This document shows, in pieces, positions 22,225 through 36,165 of a stretch of DNA of 64,000 bases. The position numbers and the translations under genes are program-made. How positions within the stretch are numbered: position 1 is the first letter of the stretch; each line of letters opens with the position of its first letter. The stretch is from Felis catus. Its lineage: Eukaryota. The stretch is taken from assembly GCF_018350175.1 (NCBI RefSeq), contig NC_058368.1:199332001-199396000 (forward strand), read 5' to 3'. The notes beneath the pieces were generated by a model. The model was not told the origin of the DNA, did not search any database, and worked only from the letters and a program-made list of their open reading frames with translations.

Positions 22225-24839
22225 GACGACATTAACAATTAATAGCAAACTGTCCCCATTGCGGGAGCTGCCCCTCAATGGCAGAGTTCCAAAGTTGAAT
22301 TTATTTCTTCTTTATTCAGGGAGGTGGATATAGTGCTTATATATAGTAAAGTGCTGGAGGGAAACTTTGCTTCCTTCCCTTCAAGTCTTTTTTCCCAAGG
22401 ATAACAGCCGGAAGAAAGGGGAAAGCTAACAATTACTGTTATTTGACTTTTGTGTGTGTGTGTAAAAATTTGTCTTAATAGCAGCAAGAGACACAGCTTT
22501 TGTTTTAGCTAGGTTTATCAAACCATGTATCTAGAATTGGAAAATAAGTTAGATATTCTAAATACATAAAAGATCTTGGATGGTAGATGGTTGGATCTTA
22601 AGGCAGTGCTTTACCAATAGCCATTGAAAAATTTTAAGACCCAAAAGTAATTATACGAATTTGTATCTGTCCCCTGTTTAAAGACACTTATTGTTCCCAG
22701 ATCTACTCTAGTCTCTTAAAGCTTGGAAAATCTAATTGCAGTTAGATTTTATAGCCTAGGACCATACAAAACATTAAAATGTTACTTGTGGTTGGTCGTA
22801 TATGAAGTCATCTTGCTTAGAGGAGTATAAGATAACATTTTAATCCATGGTTTATTTTCCCCATCCTTTTGGAAAGGTGATTCTAGAGACCATCATTTCT
22901 TCATATTTTATAACATATAACAATGAAAATGGTGATGTAGCTTGCATGTTCTTATTAGATTTAACTTGTTCAATTACATGTACATATACAGTATGTTAAT
23001 ATAAAGAGAGCATAACAGTTATATGCAATATGGCTTTTTTTGGGGATCTATGTGACTAAATAAAACTTGTAATAGAGTCAGTTTTGGGGGGTTTAATAAA
23101 AATATTTATCTGGATTTTTGAGCAAAAGTATTTGGTTTATGTAGGTAGTTAATTTATACATAGAGAGACAACTGGTGTAGTAAACACTTTCTAAATTCAT
23201 TTAATCCAAGGTGTGTCTACACAATTCTGTATGATGGGTAAGAAGTAAAAATTCTGTTTCCATTTTATTTTTTGTCTACGTAATGCCAAATACTCGGCCT
23301 GGTCATTTGACAAAATCAAGTGCATTGACTAGTTGCTTTGGCATCATGTAATTGTCTAGGCTGGCCAAAACAGACACAGGAGCTCTCCTTGTAAAAAAAA
23401 AAAAAAAAAGAAAGAAAAAATGTCACCTCTCATAAGAGTGCTCCAGTACTAGAGGTGGACCCAATACAGGATTACTTCTCACCCCAGTGAGGGTGGCCCT
23501 GCAGGTCAGGGTTGAGGTCACTAGCAAACACACTGTGGAAAACACAAATGCTGTGTTGCTTTTGCCCTTGTGAATAAGCAGCTTGGTGTTTGTTTAATGA
23601 TACAAGCTCATCCTGTTTTTCAGCTGCACCTTGGATAGTATTGATCTGTTTGGGAGAATGTCTGCTCTGAATCGGCACAGATCAGTCATCAGAACTCTTG
23701 TTGGTCTGGGTTATCTTCTGGCCAATTCAAGGAAATGAGACATAGGTCAATACTGGTTCCATATGGGCCTCTATGGGCATCAACAAGAGACCCATCCAAT
23801 TTCTGTGGTATGAAATGCTATCACACCTGTTCAATGCCATCACAGAAAAACAGCTGCTTTTTTTTTTTTGCTGTTTTATCTCCTGTAAATGTTAAATATT
23901 GGGTTTGTGGATGTCTAAATGTCAAGGGGACATTTTAAAATAAAAATGCCTTCTTTCATTTTTGTTGTATGCCTCTAAGTTTGACTTCTTATTTTTTTCC
24001 TTTCTGCTCTGCCAAAAAAGTAAATGTAAATTATGAGAAACACAATAGGACCACTTTGTAACTGACTTTCTGGGCAGCACACAAAAAGACTGCTGTTCTC
24101 TGATTGTTTTTTTGTCAGCTTCAAAAGCTGTCTTCCTTCTGAAGTTTATAAATTTAAAATATTAGAGTTTAGCAAATGATTCAATCTAGCTCTGAAGATA
24201 TCTACTTGAAATCATAAGATTGTTGTTTGAGACCAGAACTGACCTGGTTAAATTTCAATCTCTAATAAGGGAATATGTATGGAGGGGGTGGGATGAAGTT
24301 ATGTATGGAAAATTTGAAAGTCATAAGCTGTGTAGCTTTTATTTTTTGCCTTAAAGTTAAGTGTTCAATTTTTTTGAAATTATGTGTTTTGCAAAATGAA
24401 TATTAAAATTTCAAATGCAAATAAATAATCTTGTAGAATTTAAACACTTGATAAGTAGGCTGAAGTGATTTTAAAATCAGATTTTGTTCTTCTAGGTACA
24501 TAAACATCTACTTAATGCGTCATGGTTTGAAATTGTGCAACTTCATAGGCTAGAATGAGGATTTGAGGTAGGGTGGGGGATAATAGTTCTGTATTAGCTG
24601 AATTGTTGCAGAACTAAAAAGTTAAGAAATGTGAGTACATACAAGCAATGTTTATCCAAGATGTCCAAACCAATTGATTAAGTTTTTAAAAAAAGTCGTT
24701 AGAATATGTTTTTAATATAGTGCTGAGAAAATAATTGATTACCTGAACTTTTCTCTTTTCACTATTGCTTTGATGCTATGTAGAGCCAGTCATCATGGAC
24801 ATCTCGTTCTTTCTGATACTACCTGTCTCTGTATAACAT

Positions 24840-25496
24840 TTTTTTTAAAGATTTTTTTTGTAAGTAATCTCTATACCCAACATGGAGCCTGAACTCACAA
24901 CCCTGAGATCAAGAGTTGCAAACTCTACCCACTAAGCCAGCCAGACACCCCTTTGTATGACATTTTTTAAAAAGTTTATTTGTTTATTTTGAGAGAGAAA
25001 GAGAGAGAGAGTGAGGGAGTGCATGCATGGGTGAGGGAGGGGCAGAGAGAAAGGGAGAGAGAGAATCCCAAGCAGGCTCTGCAGTGTCAGCACAGAGACC
25101 CATGTGGGGCTTGAACTGACCAACCATGAGATCATGACCTAAACTGAGATCAAGAGTCATGCTTAACCAAATGAGCCACCCAGGAGCCCCTAGCACTTAA
25201 AAAAATTTTTTTTTAATGTTTATTTATTTTTGAGAGAAAGAGAGATAATCAGAAGCATGCTCCAGGCTCTGAGCTGTCAGTACAGAGCCTGACATGGGGC
25301 TTGAACCCATGAACTGTGAGATCATGACCTGAACCAAAGTCGGATGCATAAATGACTGAGCCACCCAGGCGTGTTCCCAGCACTTTATTTTTAAAGATTT
25401 AAAAAATTTTTATATTATTTTTATTTAAACATTTTTAAAAAAAGATTTTGTTTATATTTTTGAGAGAGAGCATGACTGAGGGGAGGTGCAGTGGGG

Positions 25497-25530
<34 letters not shown>

Positions 25531-25655
25531 CCCAAGTAGGCTCCATGCTCAGTGTGGAACCCAACATGGGGCTTGATCCCATGACCTTGAGATCATGACC
25601 TGAGCCAAAATCAAGAGTCCAACACTTAACTGACTGAGCTACCCAGGGGCCCCTA
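24840..25655 (-). mobile_element. Cluster of four head-to-tail SINEs
   Basis: Copies at about 24840-24952, 24960-25190, 25200-25375 and 25430-25653. Confidence 0.9.
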
Positions 25656-25929
25656 ATGTTTAGCACTTTTAGCGCCTGATACCATTTACAGGGGAGGAAG
25701 AGAGCAAATCAGTACTTGCTGTTTTGTTTTCTTACTTTATGATTGAAACAACGTATCAATCAAAGTAGGAGCCACTTTCCTGGATTCTTCATTGGCTGAG
25801 GGTGAGTTGGCATGCTGTAGTTATGTATATTTTGGTTTCTGTTACCTCATTTAAGTTTCCATAGAGTGGCAGTGGTTTGCACATTTAATAATTAGGTGTT
25901 TTGTTTTTTTTTATAAATGTCTTTGTTTC

Positions 25930-26019
25930 TTTTTTTTTTTTAAAGTTTATTCCTCCATCCTGAGAGATAGATAGATAGATGATAGATAGATAGATAGATA
26001 GATAGAGCAGGGGAGGGGC

Positions 26020-26084
<65 letters not shown>

Positions 26085-26205
26085 CCCAAGCAGGCTCTGC
26101 ACACTGTGGAGCCTGATGTGGGGCCTGAACCCATAAACTGTGAGATCATGACCTGAGCCAAAACCAAGAGTTGGATGCTCAACCGACTAAGCCACCCAGG
26201 CGCCC
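25930..26205 (-). mobile_element. Carnivore SINE with expanded microsatellites
   Basis: Ends ccacccaggcgcccc; aataattagg on both sides. Confidence 0.9.
25965..26082. repeat. (GATA)n and (GA)n microsatellites inside a SINE
   Basis: gatagatagata... followed by a long gaga... run. Confidence 0.9.
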
Positions 26206-26519
26206 CAATAATTAGGGGTTTTTTTAAGTGTTTTCCTATTTAATATTGCAGTCAGTAGTTGATGATTGCTGTCTGATCATCCATGTTGTCATCTCTGCTC
26301 ATTTTTTATTTAACATGAATCCTATCTCATTTCCGATGTCAAATTTGCCCCAAAAGTAAAATATTATGTTTATGAAAGGTCCAGAGTTCACAAGGCAGTT
26401 TATACATGACTTTAGACATCCTATTGCATCTTTATATAAATTTTTAGTCATCTTTCCTCAAAGGGGAATTAATTCCAAATCCATTTTGTGTTTTGCCTTT
26501 GCACCTTTATAAAAAATGA

Positions 26520-26890
26520 AATGATCTCATATGTGTAGATCTATTTCTGCGCTCTTTATTCTGTTCCATTGATCTGTTTGTTGATTTTATGGCATACCAC
26601 ATTGTCTTGATTATTGTGACTTTTTAGTAAGTAATGAAGTCAGGTAGTATGGTTCCTCCAACTTTGTTTTTTTTCAAGATTGCTTTGGATATTCTGGCTA
26701 CATTTTCATATATATTTTAGAATCTGCTTGTTGAATTCTACAAAAAAAGCTTGATGGAATTATGGCGGGGATACATCAATTTGGGGAGAAATGAAATTTT
26801 AACAATATTGAGTCTTCAAAACCATGAGCATGGTATATCTTTCCATTTACTTATGTTTTCTTTCATTTCTCTCAACTATGATTTGTAGAT
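26520..26890 (-). mobile_element. Old L1 ORF2 fragment
   Basis: tctatttctgcgctctttattctgttccattgatct...ttttaacaatattgagtctt...catgagcatggtatatct. Confidence 0.7.
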
Positions 26891-27196
26891 CTGTTTTGTA
26901 TTTTGGCTGTCATTGAAAAACATGCTGAAGGATGATAAATGCAGTTTTCAGCTCTTCCCCTCAAAATAGCTCAATGGGTTACAAAGATTTTCTGGTGCAG
27001 GCTTATGCTTGTCTCATTTCCTAAAGTTGATTGTCTATGACCAGTCAAAAATGTATCTAGCATACTTCCCAGGAGTGGTATGCTAACTCATTAAAATCTG
27101 TTGCATGGATTCTTTTAGTGTTTCTCTTATAGTCACTTCTTTAAATGACCAATTTCTGTCACAATGACATTTACACTTAAAGAGTGTTAGAAATCA

Positions 27197-27402
27197 AGGT
27201 GCCTGGGTGGCTCTGTGGTTAAGCGTCTGTCTTCAGCTCAGGTCACGATCTCATGGGTTTGTGAGTTCAAGCTCCACATCGGGCTCTGTGTTGCCAGCCT
27301 GGAGCCTGGAGCCTGCTTCAGATTCTATTCTCCCTGTGTCTCTGCCCCTCCCCTGCTCTTGCTCTGTCTCTCAAAAATAAATAAAACATTAAAAAAATAA
27401 AA
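27197..27402 (+). mobile_element. Felid-type SINE
   Basis: Head and A tail present. Confidence 0.9.
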
Positions 27403-28899
27403 TGAGTGTTAAAAATGATCCTCTAATGACTAGTGTTTTGTTGACTATTATTTTATCATTTTTATGCGAAAAGACTCAAAGTATCATTATTCTTAAGTTT
27501 AAGCAGTGGAAACATGCAGTTGCCATTGAGCCAACATTTGGGTAGCAGTTACTTTCTGCCTTTATTTTTTTATTGGAGCGTTGTGGCATCTTTTCATTTG
27601 TCATTGCTCTCCCTGATTCATTCATCCTCCCCATAGTTTCCTTTCCTCTTATATCTCATTTTCCACCCACCAGAAGAAGTAGTACTATAACCTAAAATTG
27701 TACCTTTTGCAGCATGTATTGGTTTATTTTTTTTTCATGTAAATGTTACATTTAAAAGTAAACTATACTTTGTATTGTTTATCCAACCGTACTATTAAAT
27801 ATTTAACAATGGGTTGAGGTCAAATGGTGATGACACAACATGTGGAAATACGGGACAGATGATGCATTAAGTGTTGAAATAAATTATTTCAACACATGGC
27901 GAGACTTGCTATTTTTTGGATTAGAATATGAATATATATATTATGAACATTTGTAAGGGAATGACTTAGAGACAGTCTTGGTCAATGTGTGCTTAATAAT
28001 CTCCCACCAATGGCCACTCTTTAGCAATATAAAATTGTTAGTATGTAAAGGAGACTCATTTATTTGGTTTTCCAATACATGAGATAAATGATTATTCTGA
28101 ACTGGTCTCATGCATTTTCCTTGCAAATAAGGATATGAAAATCATCAACAGGAACCATGTGTTAATGGCTCACATGCTGGGCAGATGGAAACACAGTGTA
28201 GAAGAACCATTTAGTTGAGATCATTTTGGCCTCAAGACTTCTAATCTTTGCTTTAGCAGAAAACATTGCTTTGGCCAGCCAGATGACACAACCATCACAC
28301 TGTCAACATTTTCATTTTTGCCAGAGCACCAGATTTCCTGAAGAAATGTTTAGGCAGTGATTCCTAACTTTTTCTTATTCACAGTCCCTCTGAGAAGCTA
28401 TTGGAAGATATGAACCATCTCCCCAGAACAGTGCACAGACACAAACACATATACACCCACCCACAATTTTGCCTTCATTTTTAAGGGGGCCATAAACATT
28501 TAAAAGTCCATGCATAGATCCTCTAGGGTTCCATGAACTCCAGATCACAAACCCTGATTTTGAAAGATACAACTGCTAAATGGGCTGATTATTCTGCCAG
28601 TATACCCTAATCAGTCTACTTGCTTTTCAAGAACACTTCAGACCTCAGTTAGTGTGCCTTCTCTGGAGCAATTCCATGTATTAGAGTGTCTTACAAAATT
28701 AACCAATGTCACCATTATAGCAACTGTCTTGAGAGAGTTCAAAACAGACACACATACTCCAAAATACATCTGTCTATTATTTCGTTCTTTAATAATATGT
28801 ATTGAGTGCCTATTCCATGTCAGGCACGTGCAATATATCATCTCAATTTTCTTAACTATCTGTTCAGATAGATATATATATATATATTTCAACACTGTG

Positions 28900-29875
28900 C
28901 TATGAGACTCATTCATACTGTTGTGTGTAACAGTTTATACTTTTTCATTAAATGAATGTATCACCATTTATTCATTCTGTTCTTGAAGTTCATTTGAGTT
29001 GATTCAGTTTTCACTATTATGATAATGTTGATATAAATATTCTTGTACTGTATTTGGTGCACATATAAACACTGAAGTATATACAGTTAGGTCTATGCCT
29101 AGGAGTGCATTGTTGAGTCAGAGGTTCATCCATATTGTTGTGAGCCAGTAGTTTATTCCTTTTTATTGCTAAACAGTATTCCATTTTTGTGAAAATACTG
29201 CAAAAGTTTGTTCACTTTTTGGTGGACATTTGAGTCATTTCCACTTTGGGACTATTGCAAATAAAACTATGAATATTCATCTTTTTGTGAACATATATTT
29301 TCATTTCTCTTGGGTGGCTGTGGAATATCTAGGAGTGAAATTGCTGGATCATAAAATAAGCATGTAGTTAACTTTATAAGAAACTGTCAAATGTTCTCTA
29401 AAGTAGCTATGCTATTTTATACTCTTACCAGAAAAGTAGGAAGATTTTAGTCGCTGTGCCTCCCCACCAATATCCTCAGTTTTCCCAGTTTTAAACATTT
29501 GAGTGAGTGTGAAATGATATATCATTGTGGGTTTTTTTACATTTAAAAAAATGTTTATTGATTTATTTTGAGGGAGAAAGAGTGTGTGCATGAGCAGTGG
29601 AGGGGCAAAGAGAGAGGGAGAGAGTGAATCTCAAGCAGGCTTTCTGCTGTCAGTGCAGAGCCCAATACGGGGTTCAGTCTCATGACTGTGAGATCGTGAC
29701 TTGAGCCGAAATCAAGAATTGGATGCTTAACCAACTGGGACACTTAGGCTCCCCAACATTCTGGTTTTACTTTGAATTTCCCTAAATGACTAAGTGAGTA
29801 CCTTTTTACGTGTTTACCGGCCACTTACATCGATTCTGGTGTAAAATGTCTGCCCAAGTGTTTTGCCCATATATT
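28900..29875 (-). mobile_element. Degraded old L1 3' fragments with an inserted SINE
   Basis: aggttcatccatattgttg...ctaggagtgaaattgctggatcat...tgaaatgatatatcattgtgg. Confidence 0.6.
29545..29753 (-). mobile_element. Carnivore SINE
   Basis: Antisense copy inside L1. Confidence 0.85.
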
Positions 29876-30169
29876 TTATACCAGGTAGGTATTATTATCA
29901 CCATTTCCTAGATCCCTCCAGAAAACATAAAAATGGCTGAGTCAGGAAAACTCTATAGCCCAGCATTTAGGGAGGGATTGTTACTGTAGGATTTCCAAGG
30001 AGTAATGAGAAAAAGAAATTGCTCTGTGATTACTACTGTATTCTAAGCAATTTAACATAATTTTACAGATAATTTTTTTATACCTAGATTACTCATAAAA
30101 TCTGCACTTGAAGCACACAAAATATGTTAACAAAAATAGCCCCAAACCTTTTTGTGGCTTAGTTTCCAA

Positions 30170-30985
30170 TATAATTTCAACACATAGTTATTAAATATCT
30201 GTTATATTCTCCAGATCCTGTGATGCGGATAGAGGAGCAAATATGATAAATCTAGTTGCAGCTTTCTTGGAATTTTGGAATAACAGAAAAGGCAGATGTT
30301 AAATCAGTATGTGTAATAAATTGTGAAGAAGATGGCAGGGAAGATCTTCCTGATGAAGTGACATTTAGCTGAGACCTTACATTTGAGGAGGGGTTGGCCA
30401 GGAGAAGGTGGTGCTTGAGGGAGATAGTGGAATAATATTTGTAAAGTTCAGGAGGAAAGAGAGGAATCATTTGAAGAACTAAAAGAAATTTGGTGGTGAC
30501 CAAAGCACATACTTTGAGAGGAAGAGTGGAAATTGAGGAGATGGAAGAAGTTGATGGCACAGATTACGTAAACTATTGTAAAAACCTTGGGTTTATTGGT
30601 TTTCCAGAGGAAATCTATGGGAATATTTTAAGTAAGGAATATTTAAGTAAGTGCCATTTTTCACTTAAAAATGCTCTCTCTGTATGAACTATAGAGATAG
30701 ATTTAGAAGGCACTAGCCATGGAGAAAGGCCACCTTTTAGAATGACATCCCAGTAGCAGAACTCTATCAGGTGGTGAGACTTGGGTTAAAGACAAAGATT
30801 CATGACATGATTAAAAGGTAGAATCCATAGGTTCTATTGATTGACCGAATGTGGGGGATAAAAGAAAAGGAGGAGACAAGGATGACTCTTGGGTTTCCAG
30901 TATGAATAAATGAGTGAGTGGTGGTATCATTTCCAGAGATAGATGATAATGGAGAAGGGGCAGGTTTTTATTTGGTACTGTGTTT
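30170..30985 (-). mobile_element. Degraded L2 fragment
   Basis: gaagtgacatttagctgagacct...aaggatgactcttgggtttcc...ggtggtatcatttccagagat. Confidence 0.55.
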
Positions 30986-31039
30986 AAGGATCCTATGGGA
31001 CTCAAGAAATTTTGAATGCTCTAGATTGCCAAGCTTATC

Positions 31040-31257
31040 TTTTTTTTTAAAGTTTATTTATTTTGAGAGAGAGAAAGAGAAAGCACGAACAGAGGAGGGA
31101 CAGAGAGAGGCAGAGAGAGGGGATGCAGAATCCCAAGCAAGCTCTGCTCTGTCAGTGCTGAGCCCAATGTGGTGCTTGACCCCACAAACCATGAGATCAT
31201 GACCTGAGCTGAAACCAAGTGTTGAATGCCTAGCTGACTGAGCCACCCAAGTGCCCC
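31040..31257 (-). mobile_element. Carnivore SINE
   Basis: TSD gccaagcttatcttt. Confidence 0.9.
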
Positions 31258-31484
31258 GCCAAGCTTATCTTTATGAATAAATCTATTATGGGTAACAAAG
31301 ATTAGTTTTCTTTTCTCACCCTGGAAACAGCCAGATCTACTTAGATATGACTAATTACAACCCAGAATACAAAGCATTTTGGGATGAACTAACCAAACAA
31401 ATGAATGAGAATGGGTGGGTGTTTCATAGACCAATACCCAAGAAAATACATATTCCCCTTTGCACTTTTTTTGAAAACCATTTT

Positions 31485-31680
31485 TAAAAAATGTTTATTT
31501 ATTTTTGAGAGAAAGAGAGTGCAAGCAGGGGAGGGGCAGAGAGAGAGCGGGAGAGAGAATTCCAAGCATGGTTCCCACTGTCATCACAGAGCCCAATGTG
31601 GGGCTTGATCCCACGACCCTGGGATCATGACCTGAGCTAAAATCGAGAGTTGGATGCTCAACTGAGTGAGCCAGCCAGCC
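31485..31680 (-). mobile_element. Carnivore SINE
   Basis: Antisense copy; ctttgcactttt on both sides. Confidence 0.85.
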
Positions 31681-33724
31681 CCTCCCCCAAACACTCACCT
31701 CTTTGCACTTTTTAAGTACTAACTTTAAAGGGTAGCAGCAACTCAAGATACAAGACTTATACAAGGATAGGATGAAAGGGGACCAAGCACCCTCTCAAGA
31801 TATACAACTGTGTGGGAATCTTTGTCCTGTGTAAAGTGATCTCAGTCTCCAGTAGGCATTACCATCTCGGATGCAGTGCCTGGAGTAGGGATGTAGAGAA
31901 TGGAAGATGAGAAATCCATCTCCAGCTATCTCTGACATTTATTCACACATTAAACAGTATTTGTTGTGTGTAAAGAATTAACTGAGTATAATTGAGTATC
32001 AATTGACAGTGAAATCATTAGATGTATGATTGATGGGGAATTGACATTTATATGGTGCCAAGGAAATCAGACAAGTTCCTAATCTAAGAGAGAAACCACA
32101 GCAGAATGGAGGATCAGGCTGCTGTCATCCAAATCCCCTTGTGAATCTTTGTATCACAAAGGTAGGGCAATCAGCTATAGGTGTATCCTGATGTAATGGA
32201 ATGCAAAGAAATAACATCACCTATGTTGAATTACAGTCCAAAATGTGTAAATCAAACGTGATCAAGATATTGGCTCTAAATCATCATTTATAGGAGATCC
32301 AGGAGCTAGAAGAACTATACCTCCAGGATACTATCAAATTCAGAAGGTGAGTCATTCTACAGAACAACTGACATGATATCAATGATGGAAGATTACAGAT
32401 AAATACCCCCCTTCCATCCCCCAGATAGCTAGTCCTGAGAAAGATTTCAGATTATTCTGTGGGACTGAGCAACTAGTCACAGTAAAGGTGATGTCAGCTG
32501 GATAATGCATCTTTGTATAAACTCTCCTTTCCCTCTCTCTTCTATCCCTCACTATTCACTCCTGAACCACACTCTCCACTAAAGACCTTGGACTTAAGCC
32601 TTCTTTCAGGTTTTGCTTTCTAGGGGACCCACACTAAAACTGAGAACAAGTGAAGCACTGCTAACAGGTTTAAGGAACCAATGAGGCCATTAGATTATAT
32701 AGTATTTTTTAATGTATTCAACTTTTTGGCTTAGTTTGGATGATGTTTACACATATACACTTCCTAAGATTATAGGACAAAGATGACAACTAGGTAAATT
32801 TGATTTAACAAGAGCTGAAAAGGATTCTAAGGCTATAAACAGTTAGCAATATCTATTTTGGCTACCGCATGGAAGTGTGTCATTTACCCATGTTTGCCAT
32901 CTTTAGACTAAAAGATGAAGGTGATTAAGGTGTCATACAAATCCACTGGGATGAGAGGTAATTACATACGCTGAGAGAGGGAGGAAAGGGTCACTGTTTT
33001 CAGGTGATATAGACAGTGTTTAATGGTCACTTTCCCCCACAGCCTCTTTGACCCCATCATCTAATGTTCTTTATTTCTCCACAATCTTACTAGTTTCCAA
33101 ACATGCTCCTCTCCTACAATCTTTACATTTGTTGCTCCTTCTACCTTTTACTGTAGAGATGTGCATGGCTTGCTCCCTTACTCCCTTCTGGTTTCTGCTC
33201 AAATATTAGGGAGGATATCTATCTATCTATGATATATAACAAAAGTTGATGATAAATTATATGTATTTATAAGCAGGGCTATTGATTATTTTGAAACCTA
33301 GTTTATACTGCAGAGGCAGAATACATGCTTATGTTTTCCTCCTTTACATTTTTTCCAAAGTAAGGTGTTGGTCAAATGGCTATTTCAAGTGATGTTGATG
33401 ATTTCAGGGGTTTTTTTTTTGAATTTTTTTTCTTTCTAAAAGATTAGTTCTCAAAGAATATATTTATGAGCTCATGAATAGTCATAGATTTGGTGATTTT
33501 CCATCAACTACAATCATTGTTTTTTTACAGCTTAAGTCATCATAATTTTGGTCAGTGGAAGTCCCTTCAAGGTAGGTAGCCTCTGTTTCCTTTTCATGCA
33601 ATCCTATTAATCTTGAAAAATTTATTTGCTTTATGGCACACATTGTCCTAGACCTTATATCTTTGCTGCTGTGTAGGCATGGAATCAGTCTTTCTTTAAG
33701 GAGCCCTGTTTTGTTTTTTAAATA

Positions 33725-34010
33725 CATTTATTGATTATTTTTTAAATTTACATCCAAGTTAGTTAGCATATGGTGCAATAATGATTTCAAGAGTAGAATC
33801 CAGTGATTCACACCCTATGTATAACACTCAGGGCTCATCCCAAAAGTCTTCTTTAATGCCCCTTGCCCATTTAGCCCATGACCCCACCCATACTCCCTCC
33901 AGCAATGCTCAGTTTGTTGTCTGTATTTAAAAGTTTCTTATGTTTTGTCCCCCTCCTTGTTTTTATACTATTTTTACTTCCCTTCCCTTATGTTCATCTG
34001 TTTGTTTTGT
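33725..34010 (-). mobile_element. Carnivore L1 3' UTR fragment
   Basis: catccaagttagttagcatatgg...acccacccatactccctcc..., related to the young L1 3' UTRs above. Confidence 0.65.
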
Positions 34011-34169
34011 TTTAAATCGATAACGTTACTAGGGGTGAAAATCTGGGTGCTAGATGTGCTCATTGCTATGACAGTGACATTGGAAAAAATCTAGGAGATT
34101 TCAATAGATAGAGCTAGAGAAAAAAATTTGTAAGTTAAAAGAATACCTTTATTTTGATATTTCCTATGC

Positions 34170-35095
34170 AGTTTAAAAAAAATAATGGTTTCATTGTGGT
34201 ATAATTCACTTATCATGAAATTCACTCTCAAAGGGTACAATTTTGTGGTTTGTAGAATATTCACAAATGTTACTATCATCTAATTCCCAAATGTTTTTAT
34301 TACTCTAAGAAGAAACTCTGTACCCATTAGCAGTCACTCTTTTTCGTCTTTTCCCCTGGCCCTTGGCAATAAGTACTCTGCTTACTGTCTCTGTGGATTT
34401 GCCTATTCTAGACATTTCATGTAAATGGAGTCATACTATAGCCTTTTGTATCTAGATTCTTTTACTTAGCATAATGTTTTCAAGGTTCATCCATATTGTA
34501 GCCTGTACTGGTATTCCATTACTTTTTTTATGGTTGAATAATATGTCATTGTGTGGATATGCCATATTTTGCTTTTCTATGCATCAGTTGATAGACATTT
34601 GGGTTGTTTCTGCTTTTTAGCTGTTACTTCTATGAACATACTCATACAAGTTTTTGTGTGACACATGTTTTCATTTATCTTGAGTTTATATATCTTGGAG
34701 TGGAATTACTGGATCATATGATAACATTATGCTTAACTTTTAAGATGCTACCAAATCATTTTCCAAACAGTATTTTTTTAATGTTTCTTTATTTGTTCTG
34801 AGAGAGAGATTGGCAGAGAGAGAGGGAGAGAGAGAACCCCAAACAGGCTCAGTGCTGTCAGCGCAGAGCCTGACCCAGGGACTCAAACTCACCAACAGTG
34901 AAAATCATGACCTGAGCCGAAATCAAGAGCCCGAAGTTCAACCAACTGAGCCCCCGAGTATTTTGGAAACTGTTCATACCACTTTATATTCCACCAGCAA
35001 TGTATGAATGTCCCAATTTCTCTACATGTTCCCCAACATTTGTTATTAACTGTCTTTTGGAAGATAGCCATCTTAATAAGTGTGAAGTAATATCT
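34170..35095 (-). mobile_element. Old L1 (L1MB-like) 3' fragment with an inserted SINE
   Basis: aactctgtacccattagcagtcact...ttttacttagcataatgttttcaaggttcatcc...ccaccagcaatgtatg. Confidence 0.75.
34770..34955 (-). mobile_element. Carnivore SINE
   Basis: Antisense copy inside L1. Confidence 0.8.
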
Positions 35096-35377
35096 ATGTC
35101 CCCGCTCCCCTCAATAATAAATTCCTTTTGAAGCTAAAGTCATGTAAAGAGATTTTGTAGTGAGGAAACAAATGACAGCAATCTACAAATTTCAAAGTAA
35201 AACAATTTAAATGCACAAGAGTGAACTTTGGTACTGGTGGATGCAGCTGGGAAAAGTAGCTTGTAGAACTTGCAGCACAGCATAAATAATCCATTTCAGG
35301 AAGAAATATATTTTTCAGGTAGAGTGAAAAGCTGTGAGATTACAAGAAGGTAACCTCCTATCAATACAGAAATATCC

Positions 35378-35819
35378 TGTCCATCAACTGATGAATGGAT
35401 AAAGAAATTGTGGTTTATATACACAATGGAATATTACGTGGCAATGAGAAAAAATGAAATATGGCCTTTTGTAGCAACGTGGATGGAACTGGAGAGTGTG
35501 ATGCTAAGTGAAATAAGCCATACAGAGAAAGACAGATACCATATGGTTTCACTCTTATGTGGACCCTGAGAAATTAACAGGAACCCATGGGGGAGGGGAA
35601 GGAAAAAAAAAAAACAGGTTAGAGTGGGAGAGAGCCAAAGCATAAGAGACTCTTAAAAACTGAGAACAAACTGAGGGTTGATGGGGGGTGGGAGGGAGGA
35701 GAGGGTGGGTGATGGGTATTGAGGAGGGCACCTTTTGGGATGAGCACTGGGTGTTGTATGGAAACTAATTTGTCAATAAATTTCATAAAAAAAAATAAAA
35801 AATAAAAAAATAAAAAAAA
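35378..35819 (+). mobile_element. Young 5'-truncated carnivore/felid L1 3' end
   Basis: ORF2 end (..IWPFVATWMELESVMLSEIS..), G-rich 3' UTR, AATAAA, A-rich tail; perfect 15-bp TSD aatacagaaatatcc (35363-35377 and 35820-35834). Confidence 0.93.
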
Positions 35820-35986
35820 AATACAGAAATATCCAAGTCTTGCAACTAAAGCATTGGAAGAATGAGTGGATAGGTTGGGAAGGGGTGATTTCTGAAGTTG
35901 AAGGTCATTTGGTTTTGTGTTCTGCTTTCTCATCTTTGTGGCTTTGATTTACATTTTCTCATTCAGTTTTCAAATTACATTACATT

Positions 35987-36165
35987 AGGGGTGCTTGGGT
36001 GGTTTAGTCTGACTTTGACTTGGGTCATGATCTCACGGTTTGTGGGTTTGAGCCCTGTATCCAGCTCTGTGCTGTTAGTGGGAAGCCCACTTGGGATCCC
36101 CTGTCCCCTTCTTTCTTTGCCCCTCCTCAAGTCATGCTCTCTCTCAAAAAAATTAACATTAAAAA
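35987..36165 (+). mobile_element. Carnivore SINE
   Basis: TSD aaattacattacatta. Confidence 0.85.

Noticed and set aside
24840..25655. Regularly recurring repeat units suggesting a CRISPR-like array
   Set aside because: Eukaryotic DNA; the units are SINEs of about 110-230 bp with A tails; no constant short repeats with unique spacers and no cas genes.
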